Shown one piece after another: positions 48,101 to 56,792 of a stretch of 60,000 nt of DNA. The stretch is from Malacoraja senta. Lineage: Eukaryota. A model generated the notes under the pieces. That model saw nothing but the letters and a program-made list of their open reading frames with translations, did no database searches and was not told where the DNA came from. The stretch covers positions 12,898,001 to 12,958,000 of the forward strand of contig CM075989.1 in NCBI GenBank assembly GCA_038087875.1, given 5' to 3'. Within the stretch, counting starts at the first letter, position 1, and each line of letters begins with the position of its first letter. A program made the translations under genes and the position numbers.

Positions 48101-50230
48101 AGGCTCGAAGGGCCGAATGGCCTACTCCTGCACCTGGTGAGGCCAATTCTGGAGTATGGTGTACAATTTTGGTCGCCTAATTATAGGAAGGATGTCAACA
48201 AAATAGAGAGAGTACAGAGGAGATTTACTAGAATGTTGTCTGGGTTTCAGCAACTAAGTTACAGAGAAAGGTTGAACAAGTTAGGGCTTTATTCTTTGGA
48301 GCGCAGAAGGTTAAGGGGGGACTTGATAGAGGTCTTTAAAATGATGAGAGGGATAGACAGAGTTGACGTGGATAAGCTTTTCCCACTGAGAGTAGGGAAG
48401 ATTCAAACAAGGGGACATGACTTGAGAATTAAGGGACAGAAGTTATGGGGTCACATGAGGAGGAACTTCTTTACTCGGAGAGTGGTGGCTGTGTGGAATG
48501 AGCTTCCAGTGAAGGTGGTGGAGGCAGGTTCGTTTTTATCATTTAAAAATAAATTGGATAGTTATATGGACGGGAAAGGAATGGAGGGTTATGGTCTGAG
48601 CGCAGGTATATGGGACTAGGGGAGAATACGTGTTCGGCACGGACTAGAAGGGTCGAGATGGCCTGTTTCCGTGCTGTAATTGTTATATGGTTATATGGTT
48701 ATGTTTCTATGAATATAATCCAGGACCGCGCCCCGCAGCTGGCAGGGATAGAGAATTGTGAAAGCGCATTAGATATTCCTTGTTCTCATCCTTGTCCATT
48801 GCTCTTTCACAAATTTGTGTTCAAAAGTTTTCCTAACAATATTCTTGAAACATCAAACTGTAGCTCGATCCCCTAAACTCCTAGATTCCTCAACCCGATG
48901 AAACTCGTCCTCTACATCGATCTGTTCTCATCAGCTTCCCTTAATAGTTTGGAAATCCAGATTTAATCACCTCTCATCTGTCTACATTCCGGGAATAAAT
49001 CCTAGTTTGTGGAATCATGGAGTTGGGATCTCGCACTAAAACGCACACACTCCAAAGACAAGGTGCCGGCCCTGGGAGCTGGTCACTAAACGCCAGGTGG
49101 AGATACAGGGCTTTGTGTAATAATAGTACAACCTCCATCCCATTCTTAATTCATATTTCCCTACATCATGAAAGGCCAATCGGCCCATTGAACGGTGCTA
49201 TAATCTCGTGGTATTCCCCATCGCATTACCCCACTTCCATCACACATCATTTCCCTCTCTGTAACTTCTGTTCCCGTTCGCCGAATGCCTTCCAACCGCT
49301 TTCCACTGCGGCTAATTAAGCGCCAGAGACCAGGGGGAGAACTGAAGTCCAAGGGGGAAGCCCGCTCGGCCACAGGGAGAACATGCAAACTCCATACAGA
49401 CACAAAGCGCAGGCGGGCGGGATGGAACTCCAGGTGCAAGTACCGCCCGCACTGCTTTAAACTTTGCGATCACTTTCCCCGAGTCTCGCCGCCCGGTGGA
49501 CTCCCTCCCTCCCTCCCAGTCCCAGGCACAGGTCTCAGCTGCAGGTGCCCCCGCGGTAGCCCCCAGCCCTTCCCAGGGGAGAGGGTCCGAAAACTGACCT
49601 GGTCTGTCCCGTCTCGTCCTTGTACTGACTCCGGTAGAAGCCTTTCAGGTCGTCGGCTAGCGGTCCCTCGAACTCGGTGTAGAGACTGTAGTTTTTGCCG
49701 GCGGAGAGCGGGGCTGCCAGGAGGATGACCAGGTACTGAGTCTCCTTCTCTAGCCAGTTCCTTTTCACGGTCAGCAGCTTCCCGTCCTGGTCCCACACCC
49801 GCTTTAGCGGCGGCCCCGTCAGCACCAGCTGGTTACTGTGCAGCAGGATCAGGTCGGTGTCCCGCTTACAGTGGAACAGCACCGAGCAGTTGCCGGAGAA
49901 GAAGTAGCGGGTCGGGGATCCGGCCTCGGGCTCCAGCCGTGGCCACAGGCTCACCTGGTAGTGGAGCGGCTGCAGGGAGGTGGGCAGCCGGTACCGCTGC
50001 CAGGGCTCAGTGGGCAACGGGGCGGAGCTGGTCCGCGAACCGCTCGGCACGGTGGTCCCCGGGCCGCTCGGCACGGTGGACCCCGGGCCGCTCGGTCCCT
50101 CGGACCCCTCACTCTTATTCTTCTCCTGCGCGTAGACCACGGCCAGTGCCACGATGGTAGCGGCGGCAGCCAAGGCTAACGCCCCCGCCGCCACAGCCAG
50201 CGTCTTGCTGATGTAAAAACCTTTGGCCAT
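6005..50230 (-). CDS. ANPEP: Aminopeptidase N (CD13), M1 zinc aminopeptidase; 20 coding exons, ~971 aa after correcting net +1 indels in exons 10-12
   Basis: N-terminus MAKGFYISK plus type II TM anchor; [29 protein letters not shown]...NEGFA, ITYSKG; C-terminus [21 protein letters not shown]. All introns GT-AG, with exon sizes and phases matching the vertebrate ANPEP pattern. Confidence 0.95.
6916..6997 (-). CDS. ANPEP: ANPEP coding exon 19 (82 bp)
   Basis: [27 protein letters not shown]; ttcag| ... |gttgg. Confidence 0.92.
7126..7266 (-). CDS. ANPEP: ANPEP coding exon 18 (141 bp)
   Basis: [46 protein letters not shown](Q); caag| ... |gtgag. Confidence 0.93.
8445..8710 (-). mobile_element. 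tRNA-headed SINE (HE1/V-SINE-like)
   Basis: Reverse complement of the SINE consensus (...GGTTAATTGG...GTAAATTGTCC.GAGCGTGTG). Confidence 0.75.
8830..8997 (-). CDS. ANPEP: ANPEP coding exon 17 (168 bp)
   Basis: [26 protein letters not shown]...[17 protein letters not shown](R); aaag| ... |gtgag. Confidence 0.93.
9935..10045 (-). CDS. ANPEP: ANPEP coding exon 16 (111 bp)
   Basis: [36 protein letters not shown](P); ttcag| ... |gtaag. Confidence 0.92.
10345..10488 (+). mobile_element. 5'-truncated LINE 3' end with (GAA)n tail and 13-bp TSD (Vingi/Ingi-like), inside an older CR1 fragment
   Basis: TSD AAGGGTAGTTACA at 10332-10344 and 10489-10501; ends CGCCATATGC(AAG)n. Confidence 0.6.
11094..11185 (-). 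CDS. ANPEP: ANPEP coding exon 15 (92 bp)
   Basis: [30 protein letters not shown](Q); acag| ... |gtgag. Confidence 0.92.
12119..12266 (-). CDS. ANPEP: ANPEP coding exon 14 (148 bp)
   Basis: [32 protein letters not shown]...[12 protein letters not shown]; ctag| ... |gtaag. Confidence 0.93.
12886..13192 (+). mobile_element. CR1 (HER1-like) LINE 3' end
   Basis: Same 3' end and tail as 1562-1959. Confidence 0.85.
14002..14057 (-). CDS. ANPEP: ANPEP coding exon 13 (56 bp)
   Basis: [18 protein letters not shown](R); atag| ... |gtaag. Confidence 0.92.
15140..15274 (-). CDS. ANPEP: ANPEP coding exon 12 (135 bp as assembled; +1 indel)
   Basis: [25 protein letters not shown][+1][20 protein letters not shown]; gtag| ... 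|gtgag. Confidence 0.88.
15440..16125. repeat. C-rich low-complexity tract in ANPEP intron 11
   Basis: Runs of C with recurrent CACCCC/AACTCACCC units; G-rich on the transcribed strand. Confidence 0.85.
16164..16241 (-). CDS. ANPEP: ANPEP coding exon 11 (78 bp as assembled; +1 indel)
   Basis: YVWFVP[+1][19 protein letters not shown]; ttcag| ... |gtagg. Confidence 0.85.
17526..17696 (-). CDS. ANPEP: ANPEP coding exon 10 (171 bp as assembled; net +1 indel)
   Basis: [32 protein letters not shown]...SQK. The expected [16 protein letters not shown] needs three homopolymer corrections. ccag| ... |gtacg. Confidence 0.88.
17985..18260 (+). mobile_element. tRNA-headed SINE
   Basis: GCGGTGCAGTGGTAGAGTTG (A-box-like) and GGTTCGATCCTG (B-box-like), followed by the conserved SINE body. 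Confidence 0.8.
18764..18979. mobile_element. PIF/Harbinger-like MITE inserted in a CR1 fragment (18560-19110)
   Basis: 34-bp perfect terminal inverted repeat GCCTGTCCCACTTTCACGACCTAATTCACGACCT / AGGTCGTGAATTAGGTCGTGAAAGTGGGACAGGC, T/A-rich 3-bp flanks and internal ACGACC(T) repeats. Confidence 0.7.
21004..21069 (-). CDS. ANPEP: ANPEP coding exon 9 (66 bp)
   Basis: [22 protein letters not shown]; tacag| ... |gtatc. Confidence 0.92.
21166..21231 (-). CDS. ANPEP: ANPEP coding exon 8 (66 bp)
   Basis: [22 protein letters not shown]; tgcag| ... |gtgagt. Confidence 0.93.
21319..21462 (-). CDS. ANPEP: ANPEP coding exon 7 (144 bp; catalytic Tyr)
   Basis: [25 protein letters not shown]...LFDAITYSK; acag| ... 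|gtgagt. Confidence 0.95.
21670..22470 (+). mobile_element. Degraded CR1 LINE 3' region
   Basis: MKVAMQVD...EYKSRKV.LQFYK homology and a CR1-type 3' UTR with CTCTATGA tail. Confidence 0.75.
23093..23206 (-). CDS. ANPEP: ANPEP coding exon 6 (114 bp; third Zn ligand Glu)
   Basis: [38 protein letters not shown]; ttcag| ... |gtaag. Confidence 0.95.
25987..26141 (-). CDS. ANPEP: ANPEP coding exon 5 (155 bp; GAMEN and HEXXH motifs)
   Basis: [23 protein letters not shown]...VIAHELAHQ; acag| ... |gtacg. Confidence 0.96.
28950..29245 (+). mobile_element. tRNA-headed SINE with (CTAAA)n tail, abutting the ANPEP exon 4 donor
   Basis: GGGTTCGATCCCGAC B-box-like motif, SINE body and TATCTCTAAACTAAACTAAA tail. 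Confidence 0.8.
29250..29376 (-). CDS. ANPEP: ANPEP coding exon 4 (127 bp)
   Basis: [42 protein letters not shown]; taag| ... |gtaag. Confidence 0.93.
30860..31745 (+). mobile_element. Penelope-like retroelement 3' part: GIY-YIG endonuclease remnant plus terminal repeat with hammerhead core
   Basis: Degraded [14 protein letters not shown](H)I(D)[17 protein letters not shown] (~31100-31205) and a [11 protein letters not shown]ys knuckle; CTGAAGA-A-GGGTCTCGACCT-GAAA-CGTC at 31618-31645. Confidence 0.8.
31618..31645 (+). ncRNA. Minimal hammerhead-ribozyme core in a Penelope terminal repeat
   Basis: CUGAAGA, stem II GGGUC/GACCU, GAAA, palindromic ACGU short stem III and GUC triplet; stem I is weak. 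Confidence 0.55.
32244..32380 (-). CDS. ANPEP: ANPEP coding exon 3 (137 bp)
   Basis: ENKTV...[19 protein letters not shown]...EPL; ctgcag| ... |gtaaga. Confidence 0.93.
34248..34390 (-). CDS. ANPEP: ANPEP coding exon 2 (143 bp)
   Basis: [28 protein letters not shown]...LSNMPIL; gcag| ... |gtaat. Confidence 0.95.
36350..37720 (-). mobile_element. Ancient Gypsy-type LTR retrotransposon pol remnant
   Basis: Integrase-like [22 protein letters not shown] (cf. PQSNGLAER.VQT.K), a CQS..KNPKA zinc-finger-end-like segment and connection/RNase H-like LHEL.YK..WSWTKE; heavily degraded. Confidence 0.55.
37955..38195. repeat. Fold-back element: two Penelope-terminal modules in inverted orientation, each with a hammerhead core
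   Basis: Arms CAAAATGCTGGAGTAACTC / GAGTTACTCCAGCATTTTG; cores at 38051-38078 (-) and 38109-38136 (+). Confidence 0.7.
38109..38136 (+). ncRNA. Minimal hammerhead-ribozyme core
   Basis: CUGACGA-A-GGGUC-UG-GACCC-GAAA-CG-UC, all catalytic core nucleotides present. Confidence 0.55.
39405..40090 (-). mobile_element. Rex1/Babar-type LINE 3' part
   Basis: ORF 39554-40054: [15 protein letters not shown]...[12 protein letters not shown]...[13 protein letters not shown]...[22 protein letters not shown]. Confidence 0.85.
42849..44904 (+). repeat. Tandem duplication copy 1 (CR1 3' end + unique DNA + SINE + Rex1 tail)
   Basis: Near-identical to 45953-48007 at an offset of ~3102-3104. Confidence 0.92.
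44905..46428 (+). mobile_element. Young CR1 (HER1-like) LINE, ~1.5 kb with RT domain
   Basis: [59 protein letters not shown]; only a few frameshifts/stops; intact 3' tail. Confidence 0.92.
45953..48007 (+). repeat. Tandem duplication copy 2
   Basis: Near-identical to 42849-44904. Confidence 0.92.
48135..48700 (+). mobile_element. Second CR1 subfamily 3' end, nested in the tail of a HER1-like copy (47979-48134)
   Basis: [15 protein letters not shown]...[12 protein letters not shown]; (TTATATGG) tail, after which the host tail TGTTTCTATG resumes. Confidence 0.85.
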
Positions 50231-50620
50231 GTCTGCGCCGGGAGCCGCCCCGGACCGCCTTTATAGCAGCCGGCCCGACGGGCCGAGCGAACCTCGCCTG
50301 GGGGCCGACCTTTGCAACATCCGCAGCCACTCGCGGAGCCAGGACGTTTCCACGCGGTGCCGGGCGTCGGCGCAGGGACTGACAGGCGGACTGAGCTCCA
50401 GGGCAGCAGTGGAGGACACACACCCCCTGCACCAGGCGGATAGTCACCCTCCTTCCCCGTCCTGCACCCACCCCACCACTCACCCACAGCGGCCCGCGAG
50501 TCGCCGGGATGTTGCAGTGCCCGGGGGGGGGGGGGGGGGCGTGCAAACTCCACAGAGACAGAAACCCAGACCAGGATCGAAACCGGGTCTCTGGAGCTGA
50601 GACTGCCGCTCCGTCCCACC
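49400..50620 (-). promoter_or_regulatory. CpG island over ANPEP exon 1 and promoter, with candidate TATAAA at 50260-50265
   Basis: Dense CpG against CpG-poor flanks; minus-strand GCTATAAAGGCGG about 30-35 nt upstream of the ATG. Confidence 0.6.
49599..50230 (-). CDS. ANPEP: ANPEP coding exon 1 (632 bp; cytoplasmic tail, TM, stalk, start of domain I)
   Basis: [13 protein letters not shown]...PWQRYRLP...[18 protein letters not shown]; donor AG|GTCAGT, phase 2. Confidence 0.95.
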
Positions 50621-51140
50621 CTCCCCGGACACCAGTAAACCCCCTCTCCCTTCCCCCGTTCCCATCTTTACCCAGTGGCACTTGGCGCAAGGCTGCGGTG
50701 CTTGGTTACAAACCCCTCCCTTCACCCCCACAGGCAACTGAACAAGTTATCTTGTTCCCTCCCCTCCCGCACCCACCCTTGACAACCAGGAGGCCATTCA
50801 GCCGTCTAACCCACGCCAACGTTCAAAGAACTAACCAACCGGTGCCAATACCAACACGTTGCCAATCCTACAATTGCAAGCTGGCAAGTCGTTGTTGCCG
50901 CTCTGCCAGGACGCGACATTGTTTTTTTTTTTAGTTTGACCCACCCCAGGACTTTATTCCTTGGAGCACGGGAGGCTGAGATCATCTTATAGAGGTCTAC
51001 AAGATTATGATGGGATAGATACGGTAGTTGCACAGAATCTTTTACGCAGAGTATGAATCAAGAACCAGAGGACACAGATTTAAGGTGGTGGGTAAAAGGA
51101 ACAAAAGGTACAAGGTTTTCACACAGGGGGTGGGTATATG

Positions 51141-52137
51141 TAGCAATGTTACAATATTTTGAGATTTTTAAAATCAAGTCTGCAATTTATCCCATCAGAT
51201 AAAGCATTAAAAGAAGTTTAATTTGACACCTAATTCACTTTCATATCTTCAGTATTAAAAAATTGTGGCCATTTTCATACTCTGAAATTAGCATCTTGTT
51301 CCCTATTGCTTTTCCATTGACTTAACTCAAAAGCTGTCATCGAGGACAGTCAAAAGCCCATAACTTTCTTAAAAATTAAGAGAACTGAATGAAATTTTCA
51401 GTTATTATAGATTGGATGACCTGAAATTAATTAGTTACCTAATTGTAGCTAATTACAAAATTCAATTACTAGATCTAAACATCTATCCATTTCTAAAGAA
51501 AAGGTTAACATTTTTAAATAGCCTAAGTGTCCAAATAACATTCACACAAGAATTCACAATATAACATGATTTTTAAATCTCATTGTCATGAATTTATAGG
51601 TCAAATGGAAGGAATTTAATGTTTCATTCCCGTAAATTAATGGGCATTTAAATCATCTTGCGAGTGGGTTTTTGTGGAACGCGATCGATTGGAACGTTGC
51701 GGTTGCAGTGAATTTGAACCCCCATATCGGCAGGAAAAACACAGTCGGTTCGTATGGGGCCAAAATCACATTATCGCCAAGGAAATTTTGATTAAAGTCA
51801 TCCTAAGAAGCAAGTTTATATGTAAAATATACGACTTACATTTACTTTTGTCCCCTACGTAAGATCCGTCCCGTTGTAGGCGTTGACGGCGTTAGAAGTA
51901 GCTTTTTATTTTACTCCAGGGATTAAATTGTCCCGCGATTTAAAAAAAACAACTTCCGAGAACGGAAGTCGGAACGATTTTTCTGCATCAGCTAGCAGCC
52001 CGAGAAAATATATCTCGGACAGGCAGGAGAAAATGGCATTTTAATCCCGCCCCCCCCCCCTCAAAGGCACCAAAGTCACGCGCACGGCCAGTGGCAGAAC
52101 TGCAGCGCCGCTGAAGGTGAGTATTGTAACATCGCTA
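51141..52137. mobile_element. Non-autonomous DNA transposon, 997 bp, 16-bp TIR, 7-bp TSD (hAT/hATw-like), inserted in a CR1 3' fragment
   Basis: TAGCAATGTTACAATA ... TATTGTAACATCGCTA; GTATATG at 51134-51140 and 52138-52144; CR1 sequence on both flanks. Confidence 0.75.
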
Positions 52138-54279
52138 GTATATGGAATGAGATGCTAGAGGAGGTAGTTGGATAGGTACATTTGGACAGGCATGGATAAA
52201 AAGGGGTTAGAGGGTCATGGGCCAAACAAGGGCAGGTAGGACATGCAGATTGGGTATCTTGGTCAGAATGGGTAAGTTGGGCCGAAGGCCCTGTTTCTGT
52301 GTTGTATGACTCTGCGACTCTCTGATTCTACATCAGAGGAACTAAATGGATGACCATTTTGTAGAGCACCTCCATGCAGTCGGTAAGGCTGACTCTGACC
52401 TTGCAGACACATGTCACTGTAATTCTCCCTTCTCGTCTACTGTTCCAATGACCAGCGGTTTGTGTCTGGCCACATAGCAGCTCTCAGCTCTAAACACCAA
52501 ATTAATCCATTTCAGATAACCAGCCTACCCAGTCCGCCTGGTGAAAGGACATCCATGTTAACTCACATGTTCTCCCTCCACAGATGCTATCTGACCTGTT
52601 AGATATTTTCAGTATTTTCATTTTGAGTCATAGGGTTATACACCACAAAATCGGGCCCTTCGCCCCAATCTCTCCATGCCGAACAAAACATCTATCTCAG
52701 CTCGTCCCGTCTGCATGAATTTGGCCTGTATCTCTCTAAACCTTTTCTGTCCATGTACCAATTCAAGTGCCTTTACAACTCCTCCAGCACTTTGTTCCAT
52801 AAATCGATCATTCCTGTGTGAAAAGGTGGTGTCCAATTCTCCTTTAAATCTTTTTCCTCTCACCTTAAACCTATACACACTTGATTATATAAACCTCAAT
52901 AAGGTCACCCCTCAGCCTCCTACACTCCAGGGAAAGAAGTCCCAGTCTCTCCAGCCTCTCCTCATAACTCAAGCCCCTCAGTCCCAGTAACATCCGTGTG
53001 AATCTTTTCTGCACACTTTCAAGGATAATGATATCCTTCCAATGACCAGAACTACATACAATACTCCAAGTGTGGTCTCACCATTGACTGTTCACAGGCC
53101 TCCATTCTGAATGGCCGCCCTCCACTTCCACCTTCTGACTCCTCCCACCAAGCCAATTTTGAATCCAAATGGTCATATTAACCCTGGCTGTTTTTGTACT
53201 TGCCTCAAACATGTCATATGGTAGCTCTTTTCACATCTGTACCATTTCTATCCCTCAGGTTCCTACTAAATCTTTTCCCTCTCACCTTACACTGATGCCC
53301 TCTAATTCTTAATCTGTCAATTCTGGTAAATAGACAGTACACAATCATCCTACCTATGCCCTCATGATTTCATACACCTTCTTTATGTTCATCCCTCAGT
53401 CTTTCTTGCTTGCTCAACTGTTCCCTATAATTCATCCATCCTTCTGGCACCTCACCCGTCGCTAATGATGATGCATATTTCACAGCCAGGGCTCCCGATA
53501 TTTCTTCTGTAACTTCTCAGTGTCCTTTGATATACCTGAGCAGGTTTATCTACCTTCACATGTTTTACCTATATCCCCATTAACTTTCCCAAGTACCCTA
53601 GTCTTAGTGCGTTTCTCCACAATAAAAACAGGAGATATGTTCAAGAGGAACTCGCCCATTTCTGTTTTAAAACAAATAGAACTGTGGTGGATGGTCCCAA
53701 AGTGCTTCCCCACTCACACGTCACTTGCCTTGCCCTCTTTTCCACAAGTAGGTCAAGCTTTGTTCTCCCCCTTTGTAGGGCCCTCTATACATTGCCCGAG
53801 TAAAAAACATTCCAGAACACACAATAAATTCCACCCATCTAAACCCTTAGCACTATGGCAGTCCCAGTCTATGTTAGGAAAGTTAAAATTCCCTAGCAAA
53901 CCTGTTGTTATTGCAACTCACCACAATCTCCCTGCATGTTTTTCCACTAATTCCAGTCGACTGGGAACTATAGACCAGTGAGCCTAACATCTGTGGTAGG
54001 CAAGTTATTGGAGAGTAGTCTGAGGGATAAGATATATATGTATTTGGATAGACAGGGGGTAATTAGGGATAGCCAGCATGTTATTTGTACATGAGAGATT
54101 GTGTCTCACAAATCTGATTTGAGTTTTGTGAAGAAGAACCAAGAAGGTTGATGAGGGCAAAGTTGTAGATGTTGTCTATATGGACTTCAGCAAATCATTT
54201 GATAAGGTTCCGAATGCAAGGCTGGTTTGGAAGATTAGATTGCATGGGATCCAGGAAAGCTAGTCAACTGGATATATAA

Positions 54280-54745
54280 AGGACACAAAGTCCTGGAGTA
54301 ACTCAGCGTGTCAGGCAGCAGCTCTGGAGAACATGGGTAGATGGCGCTTTGGGTCGGGACCCTTCCTCAGATTAATTGTCGTCGGGAGAAAGAAAGCTGG
54401 GATAGAGGAGAGACAGGACAGTCTTAACAAGTGGACGCAGGTGAGGGGGGCGGGGGGGGGGGGGGTTGATAGGTAGATGTTCGGAACAAATGCCAGAGGT
54501 TAAAGCAGAAGGTGTAGACAGGATTGAAGAGTTGTGAATTGTGAAGCCAGAGGAAGGAAAGTAGAAGGAAGGGGAGGAGGAGAAATAAGTATGTGATCAG
54601 GTGGTGCACAGGGGAGAAAGGAGGGTCTGTTAGAGGTTACCTAAAATTGGAGAATTCAATGTTCATACTGTTGGGTCGGAAGCCATCCAAATGGAATTTA
54701 AGGTGCAGTTCCTCCAGTTTGCATATAGCCACACTTTCTCACTTT
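54280..54745 (-). mobile_element. Penelope-like 3' fragment inserted in a CR1 RT fragment (53960-54890)
   Basis: Reverse complement of KLEE.HL.F.L.G..P.SMNIEFSNF plus the terminal module; CR1 RT sequence resumes at ~54810. Confidence 0.65.
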
Positions 54746-55149
54746 CTACAGAATAGAAAATTGGCTTAATTAGCTTAATGGAAATTAAATTAAATTTATT
54801 AAATTAGCAGAGGGTGATTGTGGAAAGTTTTTTTGGGGGGGACTGGAAGCCGGCGACTAGTGGTGTGCCTCAGGGCCCATTGCTGTTTGTGGCTACTGCC
54901 ACGATGTTTTCTTCAATCAAAACTGTAAGTCCCCCTCCCCTCTTTCCCCCACCTCTATCTCGCCTGTACCCTGGCATGTTAAGCTGTAAGTCCTATCCTT
55001 CCTTTAGCCATGACATAGATAAGGTAAATAGCCACATTTGTTTCTCCGGGAGAGGGGAGTCTAAAACTAGATGGCTAAAACTCAAAGTAACTTTCAGGTG
55101 AGAGGTTCTTGGTTTCCTGAACCTCCAAAAATATTCCAAATGGAATTTA

Positions 55150-55975
55150 AACTGGAGGTGGCGGAGGGTGGACTTAAGCAAAAAAGGGTTCTTGGAGAAA
55201 AAGAGCTACCTTAAATTTAGTTGCGTCTGGTTGGGTAACTATGGTAGGGTGAAGACTATTCCATGCTTTAATTGTGCGGGGGAAGAATGAAATGCTGTAC
55301 ACATCTGTCTTGGTAGCTGATATCTCAAATTGGATTGAATGCCCTCGTCTGCTCCTAATAGGTTTGGGTTTGGTGTAGGTTTGGTAATCTTTGTCGAGCT
55401 GGCCATTTAACATTTTGTAAAAACAGGTCAAACGGTGAGCTTTACGTCTGTCTTGGAGAGGGTGCCACCTCAGTGCATTCAGAAGTTTGGTGACACTCGC
55501 TTCTCTCTCATAAGTATTAGTAACAAATCGAGCTGCCTGTCCTTGGACACGTTCGACGGAAGAAATGTTTTTATTTGTGTATGTTGTTTCCCATGCTGCA
55601 ACTGCGTAGTCCAAATGTGGTCTAACAAGGGTGAAGTATAACTTCTCCTTGACAGAAGTTGAACAATGATGAAAGTTGCGTCTCAAAACATTTAGGACAC
55701 CTGTTGCTTTCACCGTTGCATGATGAGTCTGACCATTCCAATGTAGATCGTTCTGCAATTTGATGCCAAGATACTTGGTTAGTTTGGATTCTTCAAGGGT
55801 GGCACCAAGGATATTGTATGATGTTTCGCTTGGTTTCCTCTTTCTGGTGACACGCATGGTTTCACATTTGGAAGGGTTGAGCTGCATACCCCATTGATGT
55901 GACCAGTCAACCATAGTATCAAGATGTTTTTGGAGGGCATCTTCATCATCAGCTGACTTGATTGGACGGTTGGAG
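55150..55975 (-). mobile_element. CR1/L2-group LINE ORF2 C-terminal region (same broad family as 860-1535)
   Basis: Open 280-aa frame: LQKHLD..DWS..WGMQLNPSKC, KYLGI.LQ.DL.W, LYFTLVRPHLDYA, SFFPRTIKAWNSL. Confidence 0.85.
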
Positions 55976-56149
55976 AGGGAATAAAATGAAAAATAACCCA
56001 AGGGAAACTTTTTCATATATAGGATAATATATTTGAAATGTTATAATCGCATCTTTCTCTGCTATTTACTCTGGGAGGAACGAGATGTTTAAAATGCATA
56101 GGAAATTTTAGGAGGATATAAGCTAATATAGGCAAATGGGATTAATGCA

Positions 56150-56545
56150 CAGCACAGTGGCGCAGTGGTAGAGTTGCTGCCTTAAAGCGCCAGAGACCAG
56201 GGTTTGATCCTGATGACAGGTGGTGTCTGTACGGAGTTTATACGTTCTCCTCGTGACCTGCGTGGGTTCCCCCGGAGCTCCGGTTTTCTCCCATACTCCA
56301 AAAACGTACAGGTTTGTAGGTTAATTGGTTTGGTAAAATTGTAAATTGTTCCTAGTGTGCGTAGACTGAAAGAATGTCGTCTTTGGATTTTGGGAGGAAA
56401 CCGAAGGTCTCGGAGAAAACCCATGCAGGTCACGGGAAGAACGTACAAACTCTGTCGACAGCACCCGTAGTTGGGATCGAACACGGGTCTCTGGCGCTGC
56501 ACTCGCTGTAAGGCAGCAACTACCGCTGCACCACCGTGACCGCCA
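56150..56545. mobile_element. Two tRNA-headed SINEs in inverted (tail-to-tail) orientation
   Basis: 56150-56365 on + (GTGGCGCAGTGGTAGAGTTGCTGCC) and 56378-56545 on - (GGCAGCAACTACCGCTGCACCAC). Confidence 0.8.
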
Positions 56546-56792
56546 TGAATCTGTATGATATCTGTCTGAATCTGTCTATGAATCTAAGCTTGTTTCTTGC
56601 TCTGCCTGACCGGCTGAGTGTTTCTGGTTTTTTTTCAGATTTCCAGCATCTGCAGGTTTTGTTTGATTTTTGAATGGTGTCTAGTTAATGATCCTGCAAA
56701 CATCGGAAACCAGATCTATAAATGCTCACGATCCGCAGTCACCATCAAGAACTCCTCCCCAAACTTCTTACCAGCATTTGTACTTGAAGGAG

